From: an uncultured Rikenellaceae bacterium
GTDB lineage: Bacteria > Bacteroidota > Bacteroidia > Bacteroidales > Rikenellaceae
NCBI GenBank assembly: GCA_964371475.1
Contig: CAYJMA010000001.1
Location: 2,999-66,998, forward strand
DNA length: 64,000 nt
Direction: 5' to 3'
Part shown: positions 42,111 through 51,127 of the stretch, one piece after another
How positions within the stretch are numbered: position 1 is the first letter of the stretch
Layout of the letters: each line of letters begins with the position of its first letter
Made by a program: the position numbers and the translations under genes
Notes under the pieces: generated by a model
What the model was told of the DNA's origin: nothing
What the model saw: the letters and a program-made list of their open reading frames with translations, nothing else
The model's database searches: none

Positions 42111-44900
42111 TTATTGTTTTGATCGTGTAAATAATCTGCCAAACTCACCAACCCACAGTACAATCGAGGTTGCACCTATGGCAATAAGCCAGTTTTGGAG
42201 CGTTAGGGGTTCAACCCTAAAGACCTCACCACCGAAGGTTACGATAAGCCACTGTCCTATGATAATGAGCAGCCCAACGGTTATAAATCCTGTTGCTTTG
42301 CCAAGTGCCGATACTCCAAACCTGCCTGATTTGTATGCCTTGGCGTTAAACATATTCCAAAACTGAAGCATTACAAATATGGTAAAGAAGAGTGTTTGGT
42401 TTTGTCGTGTGATAGCTCCTGTCGAGTCTTGGAAGAAGAACAGAAGTGCAATCATAGCCACAACGAAGGATACACCAACTGTGATAATTTGTAGTCCCAT
42501 TGGTTTGGATATTATAAAGTCCTTATTACTTCGTGGTTTCTTGCGCATAACTCGCTCATCGGGAGGCAGAGATGCCAGAGCACCAGCTGCAAAGGTGTCC
42601 ATAATTAGGTTTACCCACAGCATCTGAGTTACGGTTAGTGGAAGATCGAAACCGAGCACCGCTCCGATAAGTACAATTAGCAGTGCTGCAACGTTTATTG
42701 TGAGTTGAAAGAGCACGAATCGCTGAATGTTTAGATATACAGATCGCCCCCACATCACAGCACGTGCAATGCTTGCAAAGCTATCATCGAGCAGTGTTAT
42801 GTCGCTTGCCTCCTTGGCAACCGAGGTGCCAGATCCCATCGACAAACCTACATTTGCAAAGTTTAGGGCTGGGGCATCGTTGGTACCATCCCCTGTTACG
42901 GCTACAACCTCGCCTCTCTTCTGAAGGAGTTGTACGAGGCGCTGCTTGTCTTGAGGGCGAGCGCGAGCCATTATCTTGAGCAGTGGGGCACGCTCATACG
43001 CATCCTCATCGCTTAGTGCATCCCACTCTGGACCTGTGATTGCATTAACCTCGCTATCTGTTGCATCATCCCAAAGACCTACCTGGCGAGCAATCTCACG
43101 CGCAGTAGCCGGAGTATCTCCGGTAACCATCTTAATGGTAATACCAGCACTCATACAGCTTGCAACAGCGGCAGGTACATCATCTCGTACGGGGTCAGCA
43201 ATAGCTGCAACAGCCTGTAGAGTGAGATTATTTAGTTCATCTTCGATATCCCCTCCAGTCGTATAGTCCTTGATGGCAAAGGCAAGCGTACGCATAGCTT
43301 TGTTTTGGAATTCAAGTAACTTCGCCTTGGCTGCCACTGTGTCGCCACTGGTACATCGCTCCAAAACATACTCTGGTGCACCCTTAACAAACAAAATCTT
43401 CTTGCCATCGACCTCCGCCACAGTTGCCATCATCTTAACCTTGGAGCTAAACGGCATTTGAGACTCAGCTCCAACTCGCAACTCTGAGTAATCGACACCA
43501 TTGTCGTTTAGCCATAGTATGAGTGCTCCCTCAGTGGGGTTTCCTATTGCTTTACCCTCGGCATCGAGATTTGCTGTTGAGTTTACGGCAATGGCACGGT
43601 TTAGAAGTGCGTTGTTGTCGATATAGGTGACAAAATCGGCAACACGCATCTCATTCTTTGTGAGTGTTCCTGTCTTATCGGTACATATAACAGTGGTTGC
43701 TCCAATTGTTTCCGAGGCGTGCATCTTACGCACGAGGTTGTTTGCCCGAAGCATCTTGCGCATTGATAGAGCAAGCGACAGTGTTACACTCATTGGCAAA
43801 CCCTCTGGTACGGATACCACAATGAGCGTTACACATATCATAAAGCTATCTAATATGGACTTTGCCATATCGAGCGATATCCACGCACTGCCATCTATGG
43901 CCTTCACACCAAACGGGAGTCCAGCAAGGGCAAATGCACCGAAGGTCAGCAGTCCGAGTATTATCCAATAGAGAAACCCCATTTTTTTGATATGAGTGGG
44001 CAACTCTTTTTCTTTGCCTGCGAGCTTTAGCCCGTCATAAACAACCGGCACCCACACTCGACCAAGCATAATAAAGAGCCCAAGTAGTGCGGCTCCTAAT
44101 AGTCCCTTTTGCCCGAGTGTAGCGCTGCTTATCTCACCCCAAAAAACACTCTTAATGGTTAGTGCCGTGAAGGTTACAAAGGCTATCGAAAAGCCTACCA
44201 CTCCGATTAGTTTGGCAAGTCTATCGAGTTGCTTTGTGAGTGGTGTAGTTTCACTATTTTTTTCAGTAGCGAGTGTAGCGACTTTGCCATATTCGGTGGC
44301 ATCTCCCACTCGTATTATTTCTGCCGTACAGTTTCCCTCAATGATTGTCGTGCTACGCAGGATGTGGTTACTGGGATATGTTGCCTCTTTGTCAAACTCT
44401 GCTTCATTTGTACTTTTGTGCATTTGGAGCTCACCGGTAAGTGTAGATTCGTTAACCGATAGCTCGGTGGCTTCGAGCAGTATGCAATCGGCAGGAATCT
44501 CTTCACCGCTGTCCAGCACTACTATATCACCCACAACAAGATTTTGTTTCTCTACTTGCTTCAGCTCTCCATCACGCCACACCTTGTACAATGTTTGTTC
44601 GTTGATTTGATTGAGTAGTTCAAATTTCTTGGCAGCATCTCGTTCGAAGTAAAAGGCGATGGTGGTTGACAGTAGTATGGCAACGATGATTCCGATCGTT
44701 TCGTAGTACTCGCCGTGCGCAATTGAAATAGCAAATGATAGCACCGCCGCTATGATTAGGATGCGAATTACAGGGTCATTAAACTTCTCAAGAAATAATT
44801 TCCACAGCGGCTCTTTTTTTGGTGGGGTGAGTATATTTCTGCCGTGCTTCTCAATGCTTTGTTCTATTTGTTGGTTGGTTAGCCCTTGAAATTTAGACAT
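42111..44900 (-). CDS. Calcium-translocating P-type ATPase (P2 type)
   Basis: 929 aa. Phosphorylation motif CTDKTGTLT, plus TGES-like TGEL, MVTGD and GDGTNDAPAL. About 10 TM helices. Confidence 0.9.
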   Translation of the reverse strand: MSKFQGLTNQQIEQSIEKHGRNILTPPKKEPLWKLFLEKFNDPVIRILIIAAVLSFAISIAHGEYYETIGIIVAILLSTTIAFYFERDAAKKFELLNQINEQTLYKVWRDGELKQVEKQNLVVGDIVVLDSGEEIPADCILLEATELSVNESTLTGELQMHKSTNEAEFDKEATYPSNHILRSTTIIEGNCTAEIIRVGDATEYGKVATLATEKNSETTPLTKQLDRLAKLIGVVGFSIAFVTFTALTIKSVFWGEISSATLGQKGLLGAALLGLFIMLGRVWVPVVYDGLKLAGKEKELPTHIKKMGFLYWIILGLLTFGAFALAGLPFGVKAIDGSAWISLDMAKSILDSFMICVTLIVVSVPEGLPMSVTLSLALSMRKMLRANNLVRKMHASETIGATTVICTDKTGTLTKNEMRVADFVTYIDNNALLNRAIAVNSTANLDAEGKAIGNPTEGALILWLNDNGVDYSELRVGAESQMPFSSKVKMMATVAEVDGKKILFVKGAPEYVLERCTSGDTVAAKAKLLEFQNKAMRTLAFAIKDYTTGGDIEDELNNLTLQAVAAIADPVRDDVPAAVASCMSAGITIKMVTGDTPATAREIARQVGLWDDATDSEVNAITGPEWDALSDEDAYERAPLLKIMARARPQDKQRLVQLLQKRGEVVAVTGDGTNDAPALNFANVGLSMGSGTSVAKEASDITLLDDSFASIARAVMWGRSVYLNIQRFVLFQLTINVAALLIVLIGAVLGFDLPLTVTQMLWVNLIMDTFAAGALASLPPDERVMRKKPRSNKDFIISKPMGLQIITVGVSFVVAMIALLFFFQDSTGAITRQNQTLFFTIFVMLQFWNMFNAKAYKSGRFGVSALGKATGFITVGLLIIIGQWLIVTFGGEVFRVEPLTLQNWLIAIGATSIVLWVGEFGRLFTRSKQ

Positions 44901-44988
44901 ATTTTTAATTTTGGATAATACTTAAGTGCGGTATAAACGACAAAAATAGTTATTTTTACACAAAATTCACTCAAATAATCGACAGAAA

Positions 44989-45411
44989 ATGGATAATCGC
45001 ATAATAAAATTTCTTAGTTCAAGACAGGTTATGTCATTGGCAACACGCTATGGAGATGGAACTTGGAGCGCAAATCTTTTTTATGTGTTTGATTTTCAGC
45101 GCAATAGATTGATTTTTACGTCTTCCGCCGAAAGTTTGCATATTGTGCAGGGGCAGAGGTATGCAGAGGTAAGTTGCGCCATTGTTGGGCGAAGTAGGGT
45201 AGTATCTCGACTCAGGGGGGCTCAGATTGTGGGGGTGTTGCGTAGCACGCAAAACAGGGATGAGGAGTTTAAGTATTGCAAGCAGGTGTTTTCTAAGAGG
45301 TTTCCGCTTTACTCTACGAAGCTTAAAGAGATGTGGTATGTAGAGATTCGCAGTGTGAAGTACACTGACAATAGATTAGGCTTTGGTACAAAAATTATTT
45401 TTTCTTCATAA
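44989..45411 (+). CDS. Pyridoxamine 5'-phosphate oxidase-fold protein (YhbP/UPF0306-like)
   Basis: 140 aa. MSLATRYGDGTWSANLFY..F.S pattern. Confidence 0.6.
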   Translation: MDNRIIKFLSSRQVMSLATRYGDGTWSANLFYVFDFQRNRLIFTSSAESLHIVQGQRYAEVSCAIVGRSRVVSRLRGAQIVGVLRSTQNRDEEFKYCKQVFSKRFPLYSTKLKEMWYVEIRSVKYTDNRLGFGTKIIFSS

Positions 45412-45678
45412 AGGGCAGGTGTTTTTTTATGGCGAATTAATGCAATAATATTAACATTATAGTAGGTAGCCAAAAGTTTGCTTTTTTCAGAAGCGAAGCC
45501 ACCGTCAGGCAGTGCGAGCTGGTTATGCCAAGACGGTCGCGTGGGGTGGCGACCGTCCGCAATTGGTACTTTGCACGCACAGACGTACGACTCCGAGAAA
45601 TAAAATGAATGATTATTAGAGTGATTTGAATAGCATTGTTATTATTCTTTTCAGCCTATTGCTGTTGGAGTAAGTATC

Positions 45679-45722
45679 AAAAAAAAAGAGTTTTGCGAGA
45701 ACTTACGCTCTGGCAAAACTCT
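45679..45722 (-). terminator. Intrinsic terminator of the lipocalin-like lipoprotein gene
   Basis: AGAGTTTTGC (45687-45696) pairs with GCAAAACTCT (45713-45722). The A-run on the plus strand gives a U-tract after the stem on the minus strand. Confidence 0.6.
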
Positions 45723-45741
45723 ATGCTAAAGTTCAGGTATG

Positions 45742-46116
45742 CTATTTTTTTGTAAAAATTACAGTTGTTGCGCCAATTTCGGATGTTGTAATTAATGACA
45801 TCTTATTACCACTAACCGTGCCTCTAAGTGTTACGATATTGCCATCTGTCGCATTTAGAGTGCCTGCCATAGTTGTACCATCAAATGTGTAAGAACCATT
45901 GAAGTTTCCAAGTAGCGTGCCGTCATCAACGTCAACAACCCTGTAATTAAAAGTGTCCTCAGCAAACGTAATTGTTGCGGTTGCTGTCACTCCTCCACCT
46001 GTTTCTGTTGCTTCCCACGCTGTCCCAGCGAGTGAATTTGATGAATCCTTTTCGCAAGATGTGAAAATGCCTATTGAAAGGGTTAGTGCAACGATAAAAG
46101 ATAAGATTTTTTTCAT
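45742..46116 (-). CDS. Small lipocalin-like lipoprotein
   Basis: The track ORF extends to 46170. The ATG at 46116 gives MKKILSFIVALTLSIGIFTSC (lipobox). The mature part is beta-rich and G/T-rich (AGTAWEATE...). Confidence 0.6.
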   Translation of the reverse strand: MKKILSFIVALTLSIGIFTSCEKDSSNSLAGTAWEATETGGGVTATATITFAEDTFNYRVVDVDDGTLLGNFNGSYTFDGTTMAGTLNATDGNIVTLRGTVSGNKMSLITTSEIGATTVIFTKK

Positions 46117-46171
46117 AGTTTTATTGTTAAAATTAAAATTGTAAGACACTACCATTAGTGGTGAATTCATA

Positions 46172-46179
46172 CAAAGATA
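46172..46179 (-). promoter_or_regulatory. Bacteroides-type -7 box for the lipocalin-like gene
   Basis: The minus strand reads TATCTTTG. A second TATATTTG lies just upstream. Confidence 0.4.
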
Positions 46180-46241
46180 ACAAATATATACGAATTATCC
46201 AAAAAGGCTCAACCCCTAAGTCGAAATTATCGAAATAAAGA

Positions 46242-46249
46242 GTATATTT
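46242..46249 (+). promoter_or_regulatory. Bacteroides-type -7 box for the flippase gene
   Basis: TATATTTG at 46242-46249, only ~10 nt before the ATG at 46260. This implies a very short leader. Confidence 0.35.
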
Positions 46250-46259
46250 GCAGGTAATT

Positions 46260-47693
46260 ATGAGTTCAAAATTACTGAAAAATAGTATTATATATGCTGT
46301 GGGTGATATTATCCCACGCGTTATAATTTTTCTCATATTCCCAGTCCTAACTACGCACCTCTCACCAGCTGACTACGGAATTGTAAACTACGTAAATATG
46401 TTTATAACCCTCTTTGCGATTGTTAGCATATTGGGGCTGAATACCTACTATTTGGTTCACTATTTTAAGGTTGGAGATGTCGTTGCACAGCGCAAATTGC
46501 TGGGCAATATCACTCAATTTGTTGTGGGCATAAATCTCATATTGACCATACTGCTACTACTACTGGGCTACATTGCACCAACTGCATTTAGCTCAAATAT
46601 CGACTTTTTCCCCTATATCGCACTCGGTGTGGGGACGAACTTCTTTAATGTCTTTTCCATCCTACCCTCAGCACTATATCGAGTGCAAGAGCGCCCGCTA
46701 CCACTAGCAACTATAAACATTATAAAGGGTATTGTAACAATGGGGCTTACGCTAACGCTTGTAGTGGGTTTTGGATTTTCCGCCAAGGGTGTCCTCTGGG
46801 CGAACTTCGTGGTGTCGCTTCTTTTTGCACTGATATTTATAGCCATTACGCTCCGAAATATGGAGTTTAACCTCAACTGGCCGCAGATTAAATCCGCACT
46901 GCGATTCTCAATGCCTCTGGTACCCGGAGCAATTGCATACTTTGCGCTGTCTATGTCCGACAGATACTTCATAGATAAATACCTAAGCCTCACAGAATTA
47001 GGTATCTATACTACCGCCTCTACGCTTGCTATGATACTGAGCATCGTGTCGTATGGAGCCTATCGAGCATTTGAGCCATACTTCTTTAAGATATATGGTA
47101 GCGAAACCTTTACGCGTCAGTATAAAAACATTCAAAATCTATATCTCTTTGTCATTCTCTTCGGTGGAGCAGGTTTGAGTATATATGCCAGAGAGTTTTT
47201 TGAATTGTTTGCATCGAGTTCATACTCAATGGTCTACCTTTACGTTCCGATGGTTCAGGTCAGCGTCATCTTTATGGCAATGTCACTGCTCTTTGCAACC
47301 ATTGTTACGGCACAAGGAAAAACCAAGATCAATGCCCTGGCAAACATAATTGGTGGAGGGCTTAGCATTGCGCTCAACATACTCCTTATCCCACGTTTTG
47401 GTATTGTAGCATCGTGTATTGCCTCGTCGGTGGCAACGGCAACGATTATGATTATACTCTTTCGTAGCGCACGCCTCGGTGTGTCGTATGTTGCGCCAAT
47501 TGCCGCGTTTTTGCTCACCGCAACCTCAGTTGCACTCTGTGTGTACACCATTGATTTTGATGGTACGCTCTATGATATACTATTCAAAAGCGCGGTGCTC
47601 ATCATAACGATGATTGTTAACCTGCTGATTCTAAAAATCGATGTGCGAAAATATATATTTAGACACACCGCCACAAACATTACAAGACAATGA
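46260..47693 (+). CDS. wzx: Polysaccharide/oligosaccharide flippase (Wzx-like, MOP superfamily)
   Basis: About 477 aa, starting from the ATG at 46260 (the track begins at a TTG at 46248). N-terminal LLKNSIIYAVGDII and ~12-14 TM helices. Confidence 0.8.
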   Translation: MSSKLLKNSIIYAVGDIIPRVIIFLIFPVLTTHLSPADYGIVNYVNMFITLFAIVSILGLNTYYLVHYFKVGDVVAQRKLLGNITQFVVGINLILTILLLLLGYIAPTAFSSNIDFFPYIALGVGTNFFNVFSILPSALYRVQERPLPLATINIIKGIVTMGLTLTLVVGFGFSAKGVLWANFVVSLLFALIFIAITLRNMEFNLNWPQIKSALRFSMPLVPGAIAYFALSMSDRYFIDKYLSLTELGIYTTASTLAMILSIVSYGAYRAFEPYFFKIYGSETFTRQYKNIQNLYLFVILFGGAGLSIYAREFFELFASSSYSMVYLYVPMVQVSVIFMAMSLLFATIVTAQGKTKINALANIIGGGLSIALNILLIPRFGIVASCIASSVATATIMIILFRSARLGVSYVAPIAAFLLTATSVALCVYTIDFDGTLYDILFKSAVLIITMIVNLLILKIDVRKYIFRHTATNITRQ

Positions 47694-48721
47694 AACACCT
47701 TTTTGTAGTCCACTCAAACTTAACATACCTTGCTGCGCTTGCCACTGTTTACAAAGAGAATTTATGCCCTGAGGATGTTGTAATACTCGGCGATAAGTTT
47801 AGTGCGAGCTATCCCATCGAGACGCAGTTGGTGAAATCATTATCTGGAAATCAACTTTTGCGCTCTCCACGCCGAGCTCTCTTTTCGATTGGATATGTGG
47901 ATAAAATAATCAAACGAACTACAAATAGTGAACCATATGTGCTCTACGTTGCGGCGCTATATAATGTGCAAAGAATATGCTTTTCAAACTCTAAGTGTCA
48001 GGGGCTAAATTTTATAGAAGAGGGTTTGTCAGTCTATCTGTCCACTGTATCACTGTCGAGAATATTGTCAAACAACGAACAAACAAAATCACTGCGTAAT
48101 AGATCGTGTCGAACCTTTTTCAAAGACCTTTTTAAGTTGATTAAAGGATATAGCTACAAGATGCAAGCGTTGCCGTTTCTGTACAATGGCTACTCTAATC
48201 TTGAGGGTGTGAAGTTCTATGGTTTTAACAAAGAGTCGTTTTGTGGAGTGGATGATGTTCAGCAACTGTCATTTGTAGATACTATCAATCATTTTGATAT
48301 GAGATCTCAATTGGAGCTTGCTGGCGGTAATTTATGGATAGGGTCAAATATTGTATCGCTGGGCTTAGAGCCGCTTGAGAGTTATCTGAGCGCCATCAAA
48401 GAGGGTGTTGTAGAGTGTTTTGCTCATTCGAGCGGCACCCGCGCCTTTGTAAAGTTCCACCCAGCTGAGTGTGAGGCATCACGGAATGGCACTCTTAAGC
48501 TATTTGCTGATGCAGGTATAGAACCAGTTGTGGTGGATGATAGTGTGATCATTGAGGTAGAGATATTTTCAAATACGGGGGTTACGGTATGGGGAGTAGA
48601 TTCCAGTATTATGTACTACGCATCGTCGGCTGGCGTACGTTGCAAGTCGATAGTTGATCGATTGGTGAACTATCCTAAGGCAACACTTCCATTCTTTTGG
48701 GAGCGTGTTGAGACGGTATAG
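47690..48721 (+). CDS. Hypothetical protein, possibly a GT52-like or capsule glycosyltransferase (weak)
   Basis: 343 aa with an ATGA overlap with wzx. The N-terminus MKHLFVVHSNLTYLAALA resembles the start of GT52/sialyltransferase-like proteins from memory. No firm motif. Confidence 0.35.
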   Translation: MKHLFVVHSNLTYLAALATVYKENLCPEDVVILGDKFSASYPIETQLVKSLSGNQLLRSPRRALFSIGYVDKIIKRTTNSEPYVLYVAALYNVQRICFSNSKCQGLNFIEEGLSVYLSTVSLSRILSNNEQTKSLRNRSCRTFFKDLFKLIKGYSYKMQALPFLYNGYSNLEGVKFYGFNKESFCGVDDVQQLSFVDTINHFDMRSQLELAGGNLWIGSNIVSLGLEPLESYLSAIKEGVVECFAHSSGTRAFVKFHPAECEASRNGTLKLFADAGIEPVVVDDSVIIEVEIFSNTGVTVWGVDSSIMYYASSAGVRCKSIVDRLVNYPKATLPFFWERVETV

Positions 48722-48750
48722 AGCCTGTGCACCACCTATATCTAATGGTT

Positions 48751-49821
48751 TTAGAGAAGTTTTTCCTTAGCGATTACCTTTGCACAGGCAATAAATCCTG
48801 TTAGGAGTACAAGTAGTATTATTATCAATATTTTATTTGGCGAGGAGCTTCCAATAGGTCTTGTTGCAGGTTCAATTACCACGTAGACAGGAGTTTCGTT
48901 CTGCATTTTAAGTTTTGCATCTTCAAGGTTTTGCGCCAAGGTACTGTACACAGAGTAGTCAATATCTTTTTCTTCTTCGAGTCGTTGTAGCGATGTTAGA
49001 GCAAGCTGCGAGGTGTAGTTCCTACTATGGTCAGCAACCTTTGCCCAATTATTTAGCGACTCGTGATACTTTTGCTTGGCTTCGTCATACATCTGTTGGG
49101 TGAAGCGTAGAGTTTCCTTTGCCTTTTTGGTGCGATAGTCTACAATGTATCTCTGGATGTTCTGCACCACAACCTCTGCAATATCGCACGACACCTGAGG
49201 ATCTTGCATCTCCACGAAAACTGAAATTACAGAGGTGTTTTCGTCAATTGCAAGATAGATTCTACTCTCAATGGCCTGAAATATGGAGTACTGTTTGAGC
49301 GTAAGTGCCTGAATGTTGATTGAGTCAGCAGCAGCATTTTTGTCTTCGTCTTCCTCAGCGGAGGTAACCCACGATATGAGTTTGAGGGGTGCTCCGAGTA
49401 TGTAGCTCCACCACGGTGCTCTTTGTTCGTCGAGCATATAGTTGTACAGTGTGGAGGTGTACTCTCCATTTAGGGTTGTCACCTCAACGTTGAATAGATC
49501 TGTTATGAAGGGCAAACTGCTTACTACCTCTGGGTATAGCTCAGCAGAGATTGCATCGCCCCCCCCTGAACTCTGAGAGTCAAAGTCAATTCCAGCCATT
49601 GCCGCAAATCCACCCAGTGATCCAAGTCCTGAAAGGGATGATTGTATTTCGGGTGCTAATGTAACAGTTGTGGTGTACTCTCGCGGTATGCTAAATCCAA
49701 TGATTAGCCCCGCAACGACTCCACAAACACCCCATTTCATTATATACTTGCGCCGCTTCCACAACGTGGTTATAATCTTTGCAATATCAATTTCTTTGTC
49801 AAAGTTACTCTCCGCTTTCAT
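48751..49821 (-). CDS. wzz: Wzz-type chain length determinant protein
   Basis: 356 aa. IDIAKIITTLWKRRKYI followed by TM1, a long coiled periplasmic region, and a C-terminal TM preceded by the Pro-rich PATRPIGSSSPNK. Confidence 0.8.
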   Translation of the reverse strand: MKAESNFDKEIDIAKIITTLWKRRKYIMKWGVCGVVAGLIIGFSIPREYTTTVTLAPEIQSSLSGLGSLGGFAAMAGIDFDSQSSGGGDAISAELYPEVVSSLPFITDLFNVEVTTLNGEYTSTLYNYMLDEQRAPWWSYILGAPLKLISWVTSAEEDEDKNAAADSINIQALTLKQYSIFQAIESRIYLAIDENTSVISVFVEMQDPQVSCDIAEVVVQNIQRYIVDYRTKKAKETLRFTQQMYDEAKQKYHESLNNWAKVADHSRNYTSQLALTSLQRLEEEKDIDYSVYSTLAQNLEDAKLKMQNETPVYVVIEPATRPIGSSSPNKILIIILLVLLTGFIACAKVIAKEKLL

Positions 49822-49855
49822 TAATCTTAGGCTGGTTAATTTGTGTAAATATACA

Positions 49856-49863
49856 CAAAAGTA
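49856..49863 (-). promoter_or_regulatory. Bacteroides-type -7 box for wzz
   Basis: The minus strand reads TACTTTTG, ~35 nt upstream of the wzz ATG. Confidence 0.4.
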
Positions 49864-50084
49864 CTATTTTTTTCGACGATGTGCAAATGCACCAGTGTCT
49901 TGATGGTGCACATCCTGCCCAAGAGCAGGGATATACAGTACGTTGTGTTTTAATGTAGTAATCGGAGATAATGCGATGTGGATTGATGAGCACAGCAATT
50001 GGGCATCGGAGTGTGTGTGTGAAGCGATGTTATAAATTATGGCGAAGATACCAACAAAGAAATCGAGGTAAACTAACTTTAATA

Positions 50085-50111
50085 TAAAAAAGAGCCTATT
50101 GTTTAGGCTCT
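50085..50111 (-). terminator. Intrinsic terminator closing the glycine-zipper module
   Basis: On the minus strand, AGAGCCTA-aacaa-TAGGCTCT is followed by TTTTTT. The stop codon of the 76-aa ORF lies inside the 3' arm of the stem. Confidence 0.65.
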
Positions 50112-50326
50112 TTTCTAATTTTAACTAAAGTAATTATTCTAAGAATAACTATTGATATGGCAAGAACAATTGTAGATACAAATAAGACTTTCCCTAATGT
50201 CATTAATGGTGATATTGTGAAATTCTCTATTTCAGTTATCACTAAATTAGCAATGATTAGTGCAAAGATAATCACCAAAATGGTCAAATGGGTTCTACCT
50301 CCTATAAAGTTTTCAAAAGTTTTCAT
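50096..50326 (-). CDS. 76-aa two-TM membrane protein (candidate immunity/partner protein)
   Basis: MKTFENFIGGRTHLTILVIIFALIIANLVITEIENFTISPLMTLGKVLFVSTIVLAISIVILRIITLVKIRKEPKQ. Its ATG (50324-50326) shares one base with the TAA stop of the upstream gene (TAATG). The longer track ORF up to 50518 is an out-of-frame read of the Gly-rich region. Confidence 0.6.
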   Translation of the reverse strand: MKTFENFIGGRTHLTILVIIFALIIANLVITEIENFTISPLMTLGKVLFVSTIVLAISIVILRIITLVKIRKEPKQ

Positions 50327-51090
50327 TATTCCCAAAACCAATCCCAAATTTGTTTTACAGCATACTCTGCGGAATTTGCAACACCTCCTGTTAAACCACC
50401 AACAATAGCACCAGGGACAGCGCCAGCTCCTCCTGCAAGTGATCCAACTCCAGCTCCTACCACAGCTCCTGCAACTGCGCCTGATACATCTTGACCACCA
50501 AACTCTTTCCAGCTCCATTCTGCACGAGTTAACACTCTTGTATTTGCACCAGTAATAGCTTCAACCCATTTTGCCGTATTTTTCTCCCAGTATATCAGAG
50601 TGTTTTTAGCAACAGATGCGCCACATAATAATGCAGACAAATCACTGCCTGTGCAGTTTAACTTTATCTCCTCTTCGATTGCTTCGATATGTTCAATAGC
50701 ATCTTTTGAATTTGAGAATTCAGAACTATAAAAAACTTTCTGAATTTTAGCATAATAGATTTTTGCAGTTGAGTCTGACAGTTCCGCAACAGATTCGTTT
50801 AATTCGCTTGCGCTACGTGTTATTACACTTTCGTACCCAGTATTGATATTATTATTATTTAAGAATTTTTCTATCGCATTATCAATAAATTGTCTTGAGA
50901 TTTCTCTCACACCATTCTTTGTAGTAGGCTGGGATTTAATTTCTTCGAGAATAAAATCTAATCCTTCATTGTGTAGTTCTCCAACCATTTCATAGTCAAG
51001 TGTATGACTTTTCGTTGTTTCAACATTGGACTTGCAAGATGCAAAAGCAATGCTTGAAAGTGTTAGTAAAGTGAGTAATAATTTTTTCAT
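50326..51090 (-). CDS. Lipoprotein with a helical N-terminal domain and a C-terminal glycine-zipper segment
   Basis: 254 aa with lipobox IAFASC. The C-terminus is GGQDVSGAVAGAVVGAGVGSLAGGAGAVPGAIVGGLTGGVANSAEYAVKQIWDWFWE (repeated GxxxG/A). Confidence 0.7.
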   Translation of the reverse strand: MKKLLLTLLTLSSIAFASCKSNVETTKSHTLDYEMVGELHNEGLDFILEEIKSQPTTKNGVREISRQFIDNAIEKFLNNNNINTGYESVITRSASELNESVAELSDSTAKIYYAKIQKVFYSSEFSNSKDAIEHIEAIEEEIKLNCTGSDLSALLCGASVAKNTLIYWEKNTAKWVEAITGANTRVLTRAEWSWKEFGGQDVSGAVAGAVVGAGVGSLAGGAGAVPGAIVGGLTGGVANSAEYAVKQIWDWFWE

Positions 51091-51127
51091 TTTGTAATTA
51101 AATTGTTTAATAGTTTGTTATTTTTCA

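Noticed and set aside
45487-45600. SRP (4.5S) RNA or another housekeeping RNA in the GC-rich intergenic island
   Set aside because: The conserved SRP domain IV features (GGAA tetraloop, AGCA/CAGG symmetric loop motifs) are absent. It is kept only as an unclassified candidate element.
49805-49993. 62-aa and 77-aa ORFs in the wzz upstream intergenic region
   Set aside because: They have odd composition, overlap the wzz start and promoter, and show no signal or motif. The region is better explained as promoter DNA.
50096-50518. A 140-aa track ORF with a Cys/Arg/Trp-rich N-terminus (MELERVWWSRCIRRSCRSCG...)
   Set aside because: The first 64 residues are an out-of-frame reading of the Gly-rich (GGN/GCN) end of the 254-aa gene. 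Only the part from the internal ATG at 50326 (MKTFENF..., two TM helices) looks like real protein.
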